Assembly: GCA_026026165.1 (NCBI GenBank)
Contig: JAPEUD010000017.1
Span: forward strand, 310,001-374,000
Direction of reading: 5' to 3'
Origin: Sarea resinae
Lineage: Eukaryota
DNA length: 64,000 nucleotides
Position numbers and translations under genes: made by a program. Numbering within the stretch: position 1 is the first letter of the stretch; each line of letters starts with the position of its first letter. The notes under the pieces were generated by a model. The model was not told the origin of the DNA. It ran no database searches and worked only from the letters and a program-made list of their open reading frames with translations. Positions 38,639 through 50,285 of the stretch are shown in pieces.

Positions 38639-39874
38639 ATGGACGGATCCGTTGGGAACCAGCAGCAGGAGCCACAGCCGGACTCGGAAGTGACTTGGGC
38701 ATCGAAGTCGTCTTCGATGCTACTACTGCTATGCGACGAGCTCCTTCTGAGTATATTCGCCTTTCTGGACGTGCCTGAGCTGTTGAATTCCTCGAGGGTG
38801 AGTCCGTCTTTGACATGTGTTTGGTTGCATACCTACTGCAAACGTCTGCACGCTTGTTACCCAGCTCCTGCTTTCTACTTGCTGTCCTTGCTGGCTTGGG
38901 CCCGTAGGCTTTCCTCGTTCCATTGATTTATTTATCGCCATCTACCGTGCCGTACCCATCGTTCATGACAACGCGATATGTACGCGATCTATCCATCTTA
39001 ATCATCGAAGTGTCTTTTCCATCTCTTGTCTTCCATTGCTCACGTAATTACTGTCCGATCTGCTCCTGCCATATATACCCATCAACTCACATCACAATCA
39101 CATCCACTAAACCTTCTATCTCTCTCTATCTTCCTATCTGTCCATCCTATCCAGACGACTCCACTGACATCAGCAACTCAGACATGTCACCGCCTCCGCC
39201 ACATCTCCCTAGACCCCGTTCTCCACTCCCACCGCCTACACCACACAGTGCCTTCCCTGCTCACGCACTCCCTCTCACACCGGCCCCCACTCTCACACCT
39301 TCTTCCGCCGAACTCAACAATCTACCTCTCCTCAACGCTCCAACGCGCCCGCGACCTCTCGCGCTCCCTGATAGCCATAAGACTCAACCGGTCCCTTTCG
39401 CGTCGCCCCTCGGCTTCCCATCTCCGCGAATGCAATATTCTCCCCGAAGAGTGTTTCTCGGTCGACAAGAGCACGGGTGAGTGTGTCTGGGGCGGCGGAG
39501 TTGCGTGGGGAATCGTGGGGGTGAAGAGAAGGGTGGAAAAGGAGAGGGTCAAGGACGGATTGAGGGCTTGGGTCGGTGGGAGGGCCGTGGAGGAGGCTAG
39601 GAAGCGCGCCAACTGTGTTGCGAACGATGACGAAGCTAGGAGGAAACCTAGTGTGCGGAGTCTGGTGCAGCGCTTTGCGAGAAGGGCGGGTTGTGGGTCG
39701 AGGGAACAACAGCAACAGGGGTCTGGTTTCCCTGGTGGCCTCTGGGGTGCAGCGGCAGCGGCAGAGAAACGCAGGAGACTTCGCGACCCGCCCCGCGCGC
39801 ATGTGTTGAAGCTGCGGCGTTTCTGGGAGAGCGTTGGCCGGCAGGGTCAAGGGCTGAATCCGATGCCGGCATAG
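38639..39874 (+). CDS. F-box protein with RPEL-like motifs, intron 38798-39181
   Basis: F-box LLLLCDELLLSIFAFLDVPELLNSSR/TCHRLRHISLDPVL joins in frame across the GT-AG intron; LNRSLSRRPSASHLRECNILP. Confidence 0.82.
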
Positions 39875-40299
39875 ATGGCGCCTGCCGTCATTGCTGGTTC
39901 TGTGGACCTTTCGTTGTGTTTGATTTAATTTACATTTGGGTCACGGCGCGGTGGATGATTAATGGATGGATGGATGGATGGGTAAATGGTGCGGATGGAA
40001 TTAGGAAGATGGACGAATATATTTGGCGAAATCGGTGGTCTTCGTCTGTCCGAATATGCGCTGTCTGCAAACGCCAGCATTTGAGTCACAGGGGCAGTCA
40101 TTTCATCTTTCTCGGTCGCGCTCACACTCAGGCATACGATGATATACCCATGATACAGCGGATACAGAAGCTATAGTACGAAGTACATTACATATATCCA
40201 TTCTGAGCATTCTGGCTGGAAGGCCTCGGGGCTCGATACTTAGAGCCCACAGAATCGAGTTCTGTGCCTGTAGACATACGTAGATGATAGTCCGTATCT

Positions 40300-40930
40300 G
40301 CCATCTCATTAAATCTAAAAGGCAGACTCCTGATGGTGATTATCTCTAAGTACTACGCTCGGGCCCTGTAGAAGGTCATGAAACATAGTTCATTAAAATA
40401 GGTGCAATCTCTATTAGGGCCAAAGTGCCAGAAACATTTAACGCAACAACTATCACTTGAGCCTGATAATCGAATAGGAGAATAGGATATACAATGGGGA
40501 AAACTCAGCTAGTGTAAGAGTACTAAGAAGCATTATAGGGAGAGAGGATAGCATCGTACCTATTTGCTAGACCTAAGCCTCACAGGCTTATTCAATATCT
40601 TCTCTTATAATATTACCCTGTAAATACTGCCCTAAGTAGACTAAAATAGAACACTATTATCGCCTCTATAATACTTAAGGATATTTCTACATTTTATTTG
40701 TATGGAACATCTCTAGCAAATTACTAATCACTTAGGTAGTGCACACTGGATCTTGTCCTATTAAATGGTTATGTATTTGATTTGCTCTAACTAGGCACAG
40801 AATACTCTTGAATATGCCCTCACCATTCCGCGAAGCTTGGATTTCAACTCTCGAGCCAAACCAATAGAGCCGATGTTCAGTGCTTGTTATGCGTGATAAA
40901 GGCTATCTTGAGGGAGAAAATAAGGTAGCT
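40300..40930. mobile_element. AT-rich, TpA-rich degenerate repeat relic (RIP-like)
   Basis: Abrupt GC drop, dense ta/tag/cta words, and no listed ORF between 40310 and 41358. No transposon protein is recognisable. Confidence 0.5.
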
Positions 40931-41390
40931 ATTTACCCCTGAATTTCAGGTCGTTAGCACCAAGGATAGTACGACTCCGATCACCAATGCATCGATGCGA
41001 TCGACGGCGCTTGGGGGCTACAGAAGTAGTATAACGGCGTAGCAGTACTCTACTTTGTTCCTTTCAGAGCTGCGGAGGAGCATGCAGCGTGGTCGTGAAA
41101 AGTGCCGTACTTGGCATCCGACCGAGCGGCGCAGCAAGGCAACTGAGGAAGATTTGCAACGGGCAACTGATCGAGTCACGACGTTCATAACGTTGTTTTG
41201 ATCACTGTCCGGGTTGCCTGGGGCCAGTTCATCATCCGTCAGGCTGGGTGAATAAATGAATCACAATTTCCAGGCCATCATCAATGTTGAATCGTCATCT
41301 GCATCCATTAACAAAATTTGATATTACACCGCTGCCTGCTTTCTCTTCCATTTCTACTTCAATTCTTCTTGAGTAGAACTTTCTGACAAA

Positions 41391-42333
41391 ATGCCCTCGG
41401 GAGAACGTATCCAAGAAGAATCTCGCACGATTCTGCAGGTTTTCCTTCAACAGAAGATTTCCGTGAAGACTGCCGCAGATCGAGTGGGGCGCCTCCCATA
41501 CGCATTCCGAGATCCGTCCGACCTCCTGGACTAAGAGGACCTCCAGGGAAGTCTTTTTTCATATTTGGCAGCCGTATCTCGAACAGATCCAGAGGGTCCC
41601 GAATAGCCAGTCCGATATAATCGAGCTGTTGATGGCAATCTCTGATCTGCCCGATCGCCAGCTCGACTCCAAAGCCAGCCAAAGTCCGGGGAATTCAAGT
41701 ATGGCCGGAGCTGCCCCGGTTTCATAGCTCATTTCGAGATACCTGGGACTGTAAGTCTTGGCCGGGTTTTTTCTCTTCTTTGCATTCATCACTCACGCAT
41801 AGCTACTACCTAGCCGTGAGGGAGCGCGTGGCGTACTCAAGCACCAAGCCTGTCAGAGAGGACCGAAGCGTCTCAATATTACGTCAATATCAGCGTGTTC
41901 GCAGCACGAGCCGAGGTCCGAATCCCTCGCGGCCAATGCAGTCGTGCCAAAGACTCTGGATTCGCGGATTTCTATGCGATATGGCTACTGGGCGAAGCGT
42001 TGGAGAAAGACCGAGATCTATCCTCCGGATCGAGCGAAACAAGTGAATTGTCTACCGACGTGATCGTAGCTGCAAACTACATGATCATCGCTGGTTCGGT
42101 GATTTTCAAGGATCTTGTCGACGGGCGGAAGGGTAGTGACTCTCTTCAAGGCAATAAGGGTGGGGTTCTCTGGACTGGCGGCCCAGGCTTCTCTCGGGGA
42201 AAGATGGATCCTTTGGAGAGAGCGTTTACAGGTGCTTGTTGATTCGGACTGTCTGGAAAGCGACGCGCAGGAGATTGCAAAGACAGCCATAGTGGCGATG
42301 GAATTAACCTACCGTGGCGCAGAAGAACCATGA
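41391..42333 (+). pseudogene. DUF3632-like gene broken by several +1 frameshifts
   Basis: Fragments in successive frames: HIWQPYLEQIQRVPNSQSDIIELLMAISDLP; VWPELPRF; YVNISVFAAR; AIWLLGEALE; VIVAANYMIIAG; GVLWTGGPGFSR/ERWILWRERL. Confidence 0.75.
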
Positions 42334-44333
42334 TCGTGTATCATCTCTATATGCACACGCACAATACGGTTCTGGCAGTTCGTGAGAGCAATCCAAAAGT
42401 GTCCCATCACAGAATCGCATCTGAGGCTTCTCGGATTTGGAACCGAGGTCGGTCCCTGCCCAGCGGACCCTTGCAGAAGCGATAGGTCGGGGATTGCGGG
42501 AGCGGCCCGTTGCCCGCATCTTAATTCTGTCTTCATGTACCCCTGATGCAGAATCTCTTTTCCGCATATCGCGATCTTCGATGATACTGATCCAATCCAG
42601 TAGAGATCCGATGGGGAAAAAGAGAGACGATCATCACAGACAAGCCTCATCTACCAGGCTATCTTCTTACCGACAGTGCTCTCACACTACCTTACTGTCG
42701 CGTTCTTTGCCCGAGCCGAACGGCCGAGCTACCTTCGCGATGACAGTTTCTGAGCCGTGTTGAGCTGGGTTCGAACAAACGGAAAACGCGGACTTTCTCG
42801 GTGTCTGGCACCACCTCATCTTCATCAAACCGTCTCGTGTATCTGTGTCCTGCAAATACCGACCTCAATAGGTATGCATTGCGCGTATTCATTGCGACCT
42901 TTAGGTAAGGTAGGTACTAGGTACCCACGGTGGGTAGTATATACCTTGGGATCCTGGATCCTCCTGCGATCCGTCCTCGATGGATGTCTGATATATATTG
43001 AATTCAATTGAAATTGGAACAGTGGGAACTCCCCAACACTCGCATTTCTGCTCCCCTACGGTCACATGCGGGATGGGTGTCTCAAACCCTGAGCACGCAC
43101 GGGGGCGGCCGGGGCGGGGCGGGGCGGCCGAGGGCGCCGACGCAACCAGCCTCTAAGACAGCTATTCGAGAGCCCGAAGAGAAGAAAGAGATGAACGTGA
43201 CACAAGGACAAATTCCCGCGTACTGGCGATGGTGAGAGTAGTAGTTGCGGCGCCTTGGCAGAATCCAGCCATGGCTCAAGTATACTAGGTAGGTAAGGTA
43301 AGGTAAGATATGTAGGTACGGTAAGGTAGTCAGCTTGCGGTCTGCTAAAGCCCGTATCCTCATGATCATCTACGACGTATGAGTGAGTGAGCTCGAAGCT
43401 CGGGCAGGCTCCGAAGGTGGAGAGAAGCGACGTCTGGTAGAGGCTTAAGTTGTCGTCGAGCTCGGCAGTGCCGTCACCACTGTCACTGTATTGGCGAGGC
43501 TAGGAGATATACGATACTCGTAGTCGAAGGAATCGTTGTACACAGAACTACGGTCGGTATTTCTGTCACTGTGTTGATCATTGCTCACTGTGGAGAGAGG
43601 TAAGGTAGTAGCAGGGCAGTGGAGGCTCCCTGAACCTCGCATCGAGAGTTTCCCATCATCTTTCTTGCCGTGGCACCGAGTCGCCAGTCAGAGACAAAGG
43701 TCAGGAATGCCACATCGGCAGCACGCTCTTGAGGTATCTCTCGGTCTCCATCCAGCTTTGCCGGCCATGTTCGAAGCTTTTCTCTATTGCGTTTTGTGCA
43801 CGCAAGAACCCAAACCGACACCGGCGCTTTTATTGTGACTCTTGGGCAGAACGAACTTTTGCGCCGAGTCTCACAAGTTGCGCAGACCTTTCGACGATCA
43901 ATTCCTCTCCTCTTCGATTATGGAATCTTGCGCTCCTAAACTATGAATAAAAACCTTTCACGGCGAGGCAAGGTCTGGAAATTAAGATGAAAGAGAAACG
44001 AGCTCTAAGCCCCTTAGGCGAAAGATCTACTGAAGGGCTCGCTGGATGGCTAAGTTTCGGATACAAAGAAAAGACATCCAAATAGATGGGATCGCTGAAT
44101 TGCGTGAGAGTAGAGATCGACGTCGAGTGTAAGCGATAACAAAGCGCAACAAAAGATCCTGTGGGTGCCACCAGTTTCCATCTAAGAAGACGTGCGGGGT
44201 ATCGCTGATATCGAAAACGCCCCCGCCCATTACACCCATTATTCCCAGTATCCCTCCAGCTGTACGAAATGGTCACTTCCGCTCGAGACAAGACAGCATT
44301 GAGATACCGTCCATGAGAACCTGAGACACATCC

Positions 44334-45282
44334 TTATATCATCTTCAAGTCTCGAATTGCCCTCTTTCCCTTGGCGGGAGCAGTGAAATTGCCGACCAGT
44401 TCCGCGACATCAGCCCGGTTGACCGCACGCCATTCGTCCACATTAGCGCTTTCAGCTGGTCCTGCCGCCGCGGCCATGGAATTCAACCATGCGCGCTCAT
44501 CGCTGCTGGAGGTAGCGATAGCAGCGGCTGTCTTGGATGATGATGAGGATGGTGGTAGTTGTGAGGGCTTCGGGTGGGACTTGGAGTCAGTGCGCAGAGA
44601 CTTGTCTAGGAGTCGGTGGTAGCGGCTGGATTTGGATTCGGCAGCCGAGGAGGCATCGGTGGGTTGTTGTTGCGTCGTGAAGATATCGATCAGTTTGCTT
44701 TATAGATTCGATGCGACTCGAGATTAGCTGCCAGGAAGATGACTGCGAAAGACCGAGAAAGATAGAGACATTGGGCCAGGGGAAAAGAGAAGGTGGTGGA
44801 GATAGTGGATGGGGGATTGGACCGAAGTGGTGACGTACTCGGAAGTCTGCAAGCACACCCTCTCCAAGGCCTCGCGCTCACGCTTGATGTCCTGCTGATC
44901 GGCTTGACTCTCGCCGTGGGGCGTGGTGGTATTGGCGGCGCCGTAGTGGTGCTGGTACTGGTCATCGTAGAGGAGCCGAGATGTTTCGGGTGACTGGAGC
45001 AGCGCAAGGGGAGAGTCAGTGATCAACCGACGGAGCAAGCCGCCTTACAGTGGGCGAAAGGAGGCAGAAAGACAGAGGGGCAGGTGCGGAGGTATGTGGT
45101 GGTGCAGGTGGTGCAGGTGGATGAGGCGACCAGCGCGTCCTTGCGCATCCAGCAGGAAGCCAAGGACGCCAAGCTCTTTTGAAGCCAGCCAGCCTGACAG
45201 ACACAGGAAAGTGTTAGGGCTTTACCTCAGCGTCGCCCCGCCGCCGCCGATCCAGACCAAGACAAGAGGAACATATGCCCAT
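44334..45282 (-). CDS. MEH1: Ego1/Meh1/LAMTOR1-like vacuolar TORC1 scaffold, 3 exons
   Basis: MGICSSCLG lipidation start, ETSRLL acidic dileucine, and REREALERVCLQTSD/KLIDI LAMTOR-type motif. GT-AG introns restore one open frame ending RDLKMI*. Confidence 0.8.
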
Positions 45283-46851
45283 GGAATGTGGAAGCGCTGA
45301 CGCAGCTGGGGGAAAGAAGGGGTGAAGGTTGCTGCTGTTGTTGTTCTGGCGGTGGTTGGTGGCCGGATTGCGAAGGGAAAGAGAAACGAAAATGAGAACG
45401 CAGACGTAGATGGATGGTTCCTGGATTTCGGCCTGATTGAACGAGTAGTGGAGAGCGGAGTAAGGAAGTCTGAATTGATTGAATCGAGCGGCGTACTTTA
45501 TGGGGTGTGCCTAGGGGGGAAGCTTATTCCCATCGCTGCGTGGCGTGAGGACGTCGTCGCAGCAGAGGGCAGAGTTGAGGTCGACGGCTTTGCGTAGTAA
45601 TAGCAGGCCAAGTGAGAGAGATACGAGTACGAGGTACTTGTGTCTCAGTAGATGGCCTGGTGCGAGATGAAGTATCCAGAGGTCTTTGCTACCTTACCTT
45701 GCCTCACCTCGCATTTACTTACCTCTCCCAAGTATGTACAGTATTCCCAGTGCGAATCCCTTCCAACCTCCATCTATTCCTCCTCACCATTTTGCTCATA
45801 CTGAAGGAGGAAGCCTCTCTCTAGCCATCTTCGCTTGCGGATGTGAATATTGAAAAGCTTCAAAAGATCGTTGTTCAATTCACTCCTTTCAACCCCTCCC
45901 CAGCCTCATCCAGCGATGGGCTACTTCAGGAGTTTCCTAATACGTCGGTCTTCATGGTGCCGAGACCACCTCCTGACATGATGATATACCGATTCTACTA
46001 TCAGCCACTGAATAGTCTCTCCTTTGGTCAAGACCCCGGATGAGATTCACAAAATGAGAGAGAAAAAGCGATCCCGAGCTGATCCTGGTATTGATCCCCA
46101 CGACTTCTGACGTTACTTCCAACCCTTGCGACATTTCAGGTACGGGGGTTACAGTCAATGTGCCCTCGGAGGCGGGACGGGCGCAAGAGACACGCGACGC
46201 GTTCATGATGGTCCTTTCCTATTCCATCCCGTTATCTTCAGACTACCTGCTTTTTGTCTTTTCTGGGGAGCATAACCGGTCGTCGATCTCTGCCGGTGAT
46301 TTTTCAGAGGCCCACATGCAAGGCGTTCTGTGGCGGTTGTTGTGCCTTGCATGACCGAGTCTCTCGTTTGGGGCCAACTCGCCCACCATGGTCTCAGGAT
46401 GTGTCGCCCGAGGGTTGTTCTCTTAGAGCTCCCCCTTCATTTCCACCGCCACGAGGAGGGCTGTCGCACGGGAAGTTTATTCAGGAGTCGATCACCTTGC
46501 GATCGGACTGACATGCTTTTGTGACGGCAAGCCTTGGCCGTAAAAAGATGTCCTCGAAGATACGAGGCCTTGGCCGAACAGGACCCTGCGGTGGCTTTTC
46601 CAGATGCAAGGTGATCGACATGAACGCTATTGACGTCTTGAGCTTTGAGCTCCGTTGAGCTTCAGCCCTCTTGTCTAGGAAAGAAGGAGCGTCGATGCCT
46701 TCTAACCCTCCTAGGAGGCCTTCGATCCGTGCATCTATAAAGTGCTCTGCTCTCTCTGACCAGAGCTATGGCCAGCAGCAGCCAGCGCGACAATCATTCT
46801 TTCTAGAGTCTTTCTTTACCGATCTTTTCATCTCTATCTTCTTGCGCAAGC

Positions 46852-49073
46852 ATGCATTTCAGTCTCTCGTATCTGGCTACTGCCATCACTCTTGCGTCTT
46901 ATTCTACCCATGTCTTGGCAGGAGTTGCAAATCCACTCAACCTTCTGAAGAAAGAGAAGAGACAGACTGCCTGCCTTCTCGACGAGTACTATACCGCTTT
47001 TCATCAAGATGCCTCCTCGGCTAGTCCCTTCTGTAGCAGATGGCTCGGCATCCCCCTAGTCACCGCTAATGGGCCCAATACCGTCACGATCGCTGCAAAG
47101 TACGCCTCCTACCCTGCCCGGTGTGCCGTTTCTGTCAATACGGGACTAATTTGAGCAGTACCACTATCACCACGATAACCAGCACTAACACACTGACCAC
47201 CTTCACGACTGGCACAACTACCTCTACTGCTGTTGCAACTATTACTGAAGCCCCCATGGTCAAGCGCGACGTGGATGGTGGACTGGAAGCTGCTCCTATC
47301 CCCGCACGCGTGAAGCAGCTACTTGCTCGACAGAATGTCTCCACGACCGACACGTCTGATCTCTCATCGATTGCCACCGCTATTTCAAGCGCCTGCACAT
47401 GTCTGTCAGTAACTCCGGCGACGACGTATGTTGATGTCACCATCACCCCTATTGTAAGCACCCGATGAATGATAGGACTAATAGGGCCAACACTAACTTA
47501 ACAGCCGACTGAAACGCTGACTGCGCTTGTGGTCGTCGCCTCGACCGTGACGAACTCATCAACGATTACCTCGACTCTGAGTTCGACTGTAATCGTTTCA
47601 GCAGCCGCGTCGTCTTCCTCTTCTTCCTCTATCTCCAGCGGTACCACTACGACAATTCTCAACACGACGAGTTTGCTACCCACGTCACCGGCTTCCTCGT
47701 CTTCCTCCATCTCTAGCGGCACTACCATTACTATCTTGAACAGCACAACCTTACTACCTACATCGCCCTCCTCTTCATCCAGCTCGATATCGGTTTTCAC
47801 AATCTCACTCTCGAGTACTACCATCTCAGTCTCCAACACCACAATTCTGCTGCCCACAGCACCATCAAGCTCTGGCAATATCACCATTTCACCGACGATC
47901 TCTACCAGCACTATTGTACCCTTCAATACGTCTTCTACTCCATCAGGTATGTATTCTTCGTACAGTCTGTCAACAATAAGCTTGGACGGCATCAGCATAA
48001 TATCCTTTAGCAATCTGGCCGCTAACACTAGCTTAACAACAGCGACAATCTCCACTGCCAGCAACACCACTATCACGACTACCCCCACACCAACGCTCGC
48101 GGATGGCTGCCCTGCGTCAAATGGTAGCTTCGTGACAGCTCCAGATGGGGAGGAATTTGAGATTCTCTGCGGCGTAGACTTCCCCGGCAATGACCTCGAT
48201 GGAATATTTGCCGACGACTTTGATACTTGCCTGGACTTCTGTGCTGGAGTCAACGATGGATTCTCCGACTACGTCTGTCTCGGTATATCATACCTTGACA
48301 ACGTTATTGCTTCGCCCAACTGCTTCCTCAAGAACCAGGACTCGGTCGACTCAACTCCGATTCCCACCTCCGGAGTCGACAGTGCTATCTTATTCCGTGT
48401 ATTGGTTGGCCCGTCGGCTACAGCCACCAATTCGACCTCCACGATGGCCACACCAACGACGAGTCTGAACCTGACGTCTCTCAGCATTACAACCACAGCC
48501 ACACCAACCGCAACTCTCAACTTTACCGCCACCCTCGGCAACACCACCGTCAGCGGTCCGACAGCGGTTCCTACGACCAACTCTACCGTCATTCTCTCCA
48601 CCGCTTACTCAACCTTCAATTTCACCTCCTCCATCCCTACTACCACAGACAACTTCACCGTCCTCCCCTCGACCGGTAGCGTCGTCAGCGTCGTCACCTC
48701 CCTCCCCTCAAATTTCACCATCATCCCCATCTTCAACGTCACCGTCATACCTACAGGTGGCTCCACACTTGTGCTTCCAGCCAACGCGACCACCACGCCT
48801 ACAGGGACGTTGAACATCAAGACGGTACCGCAATCGAACTCGACGCTTATCGCGTCAGCGTCCGCGAGCGCAAGCGACAACGCGACCTCGATTGTGATCT
48901 ACCCGACTAATGCGACATCAACATCTTTGTCGGGTAACACCTCGACAATCACAGTAACTACGGAGACGATTACCGAGTGTGCGAGTGCCACTATGCTGGC
49001 ACCGTATACCATCACGTTCATGTCGACTGTTACTGTCACACCGACGGCTGCTGCTCGGCGGTGGTTCTTCTAA
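46852..49073 (+). CDS. Secreted Ser/Thr-rich mucin-like protein with PAN/Apple-like Cys domain, multi-exon
   Basis: Signal peptide MHFSLSYLATAITLA; KR sites; ASPFCSRWL and ISSACTCL motifs; FEILCGVDFPGNDL...CLDFCA...CLGISY...NCFLKN; many N-x-S/T sequons. TATA-like ctataaag near 46735. Confidence 0.82.
47610..47870 (+). repeat. Intragenic degenerate tandem repeat (about 25-26 aa unit)
   Basis: SSSSSISSGTTTTILNTTSLLPTSPA / SSSSSISSGTTITILNSTTLLPTSPS / SSTTISVSNTTILLPTAPS. Confidence 0.8.
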
Positions 49074-49235
49074 GGGAATGCGAGGTTGAGTGAACAGTGG
49101 CGATACCCGGGGGAAATTAGCGGAGAGCGCGGCAGGTCGGATGCGGGGATCTAAAGGGTGAATCGAGACATCCGTCTGTCACTCTGTCAACGCCAGTTGC
49201 AACGACGCGAAGCGCACGCATGGGAGTTGGAAGCG

Positions 49236-49264
49236 AAAGGAAAGGAAAGGAAAGGAAAGGAAAG
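49236..49264 (+). repeat. (AAAGG)n microsatellite
   Basis: aaaggaaaggaaaggaaaggaaaggaaag read directly. Confidence 0.9.
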
Positions 49265-50285
49265 AGAACCTGAGCACGGGCACCACGGGCAACGGAGGAT
49301 GGTTTTTTATATGATGCTACCTGATCACTTTAACGGGAACTGAGCGGTTTTGAGATTAATCTTTTAATTGGCTTTTGAAGAGGTGTTTTGCAAGCCGCGT
49401 GCATTTGTTATCGCTCATTAGACTCTATTGAATTTTCATTCCTAAAGACACAGACACTATCATCGAATTTTTCTTTCATGATGAACTATATCTTTCTCTG
49501 AACTCGTGACGAATGTTCTGTTGAGACTTGTTCAATGATTTAGACGAGATATCGGTCAGTCCTGCCCTGTCTTCGTCGAACGTCTTTAGAAGCTATGCTA
49601 TGACTGCTATAGCTAATCCGCTGTTCTAATCTAGATTTGAAGACACGCAGCTGACTACATATCTCAGTAGAACGCATTCTATGAATTCATTAGGTTCTCC
49701 CGGGTCTGGGACTGGTTCTGGAGGCAGCTCGACAGAATGCCATGGACCGAGAAAAGACAAAGATAGGGTCAATCTTAGAGCAACCACTATTGAGAATGGA
49801 CAGCCTAAAGCGGAATTGGAACTTCGTTATGCTCATCAGTCATTATTGTTATTAGATCGACTTGATGCCGCTGAGATGATGCAAGGAACAACTAGAAAAG
49901 AAATCAAGTAAAACATCAAGCAGAAGATCAGATAGGACAATTTCAAACATCTCCGCAGGTAGAACGCAGCAAAAGCCCGAAATTCAGAACGCAACGTACA
50001 GACAACAAAAAGAACGTGTTTTTTTGGGGGGTATGTAAGAAGATAGTGATGTAGCAGATGCAGCAATCGAGCAAAAGAAGTAAGCAAGGTAAGGCTCCGG
50101 CTAGTAGATCAATTTATAGGTGAAGAAATCAGGAGATTTTGGGGATAACTTGATATGAGATGCAGTCGATGTTCGAGAACTGGAGGGCAAGGTAAGGGAT
50201 ATTGTTCGAGTGGCGGTTAAGGCATATTGGATCCGAATGGTTAATGATAGAAGAGAGCCTCCGCTCAGCTCTCTACCGTGAGAAC

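Noticed and set aside
42760..42800. GGTTCGAA B-box-like word
   Set aside because: No cloverleaf or A-box; not a tRNA.
49478..49525. C/D-box-like arrangement ATGATGA..CTGA..GTGACGA..TTGA
   Set aside because: Too short, D box imperfect, no terminal stem and no recognisable rRNA guide.
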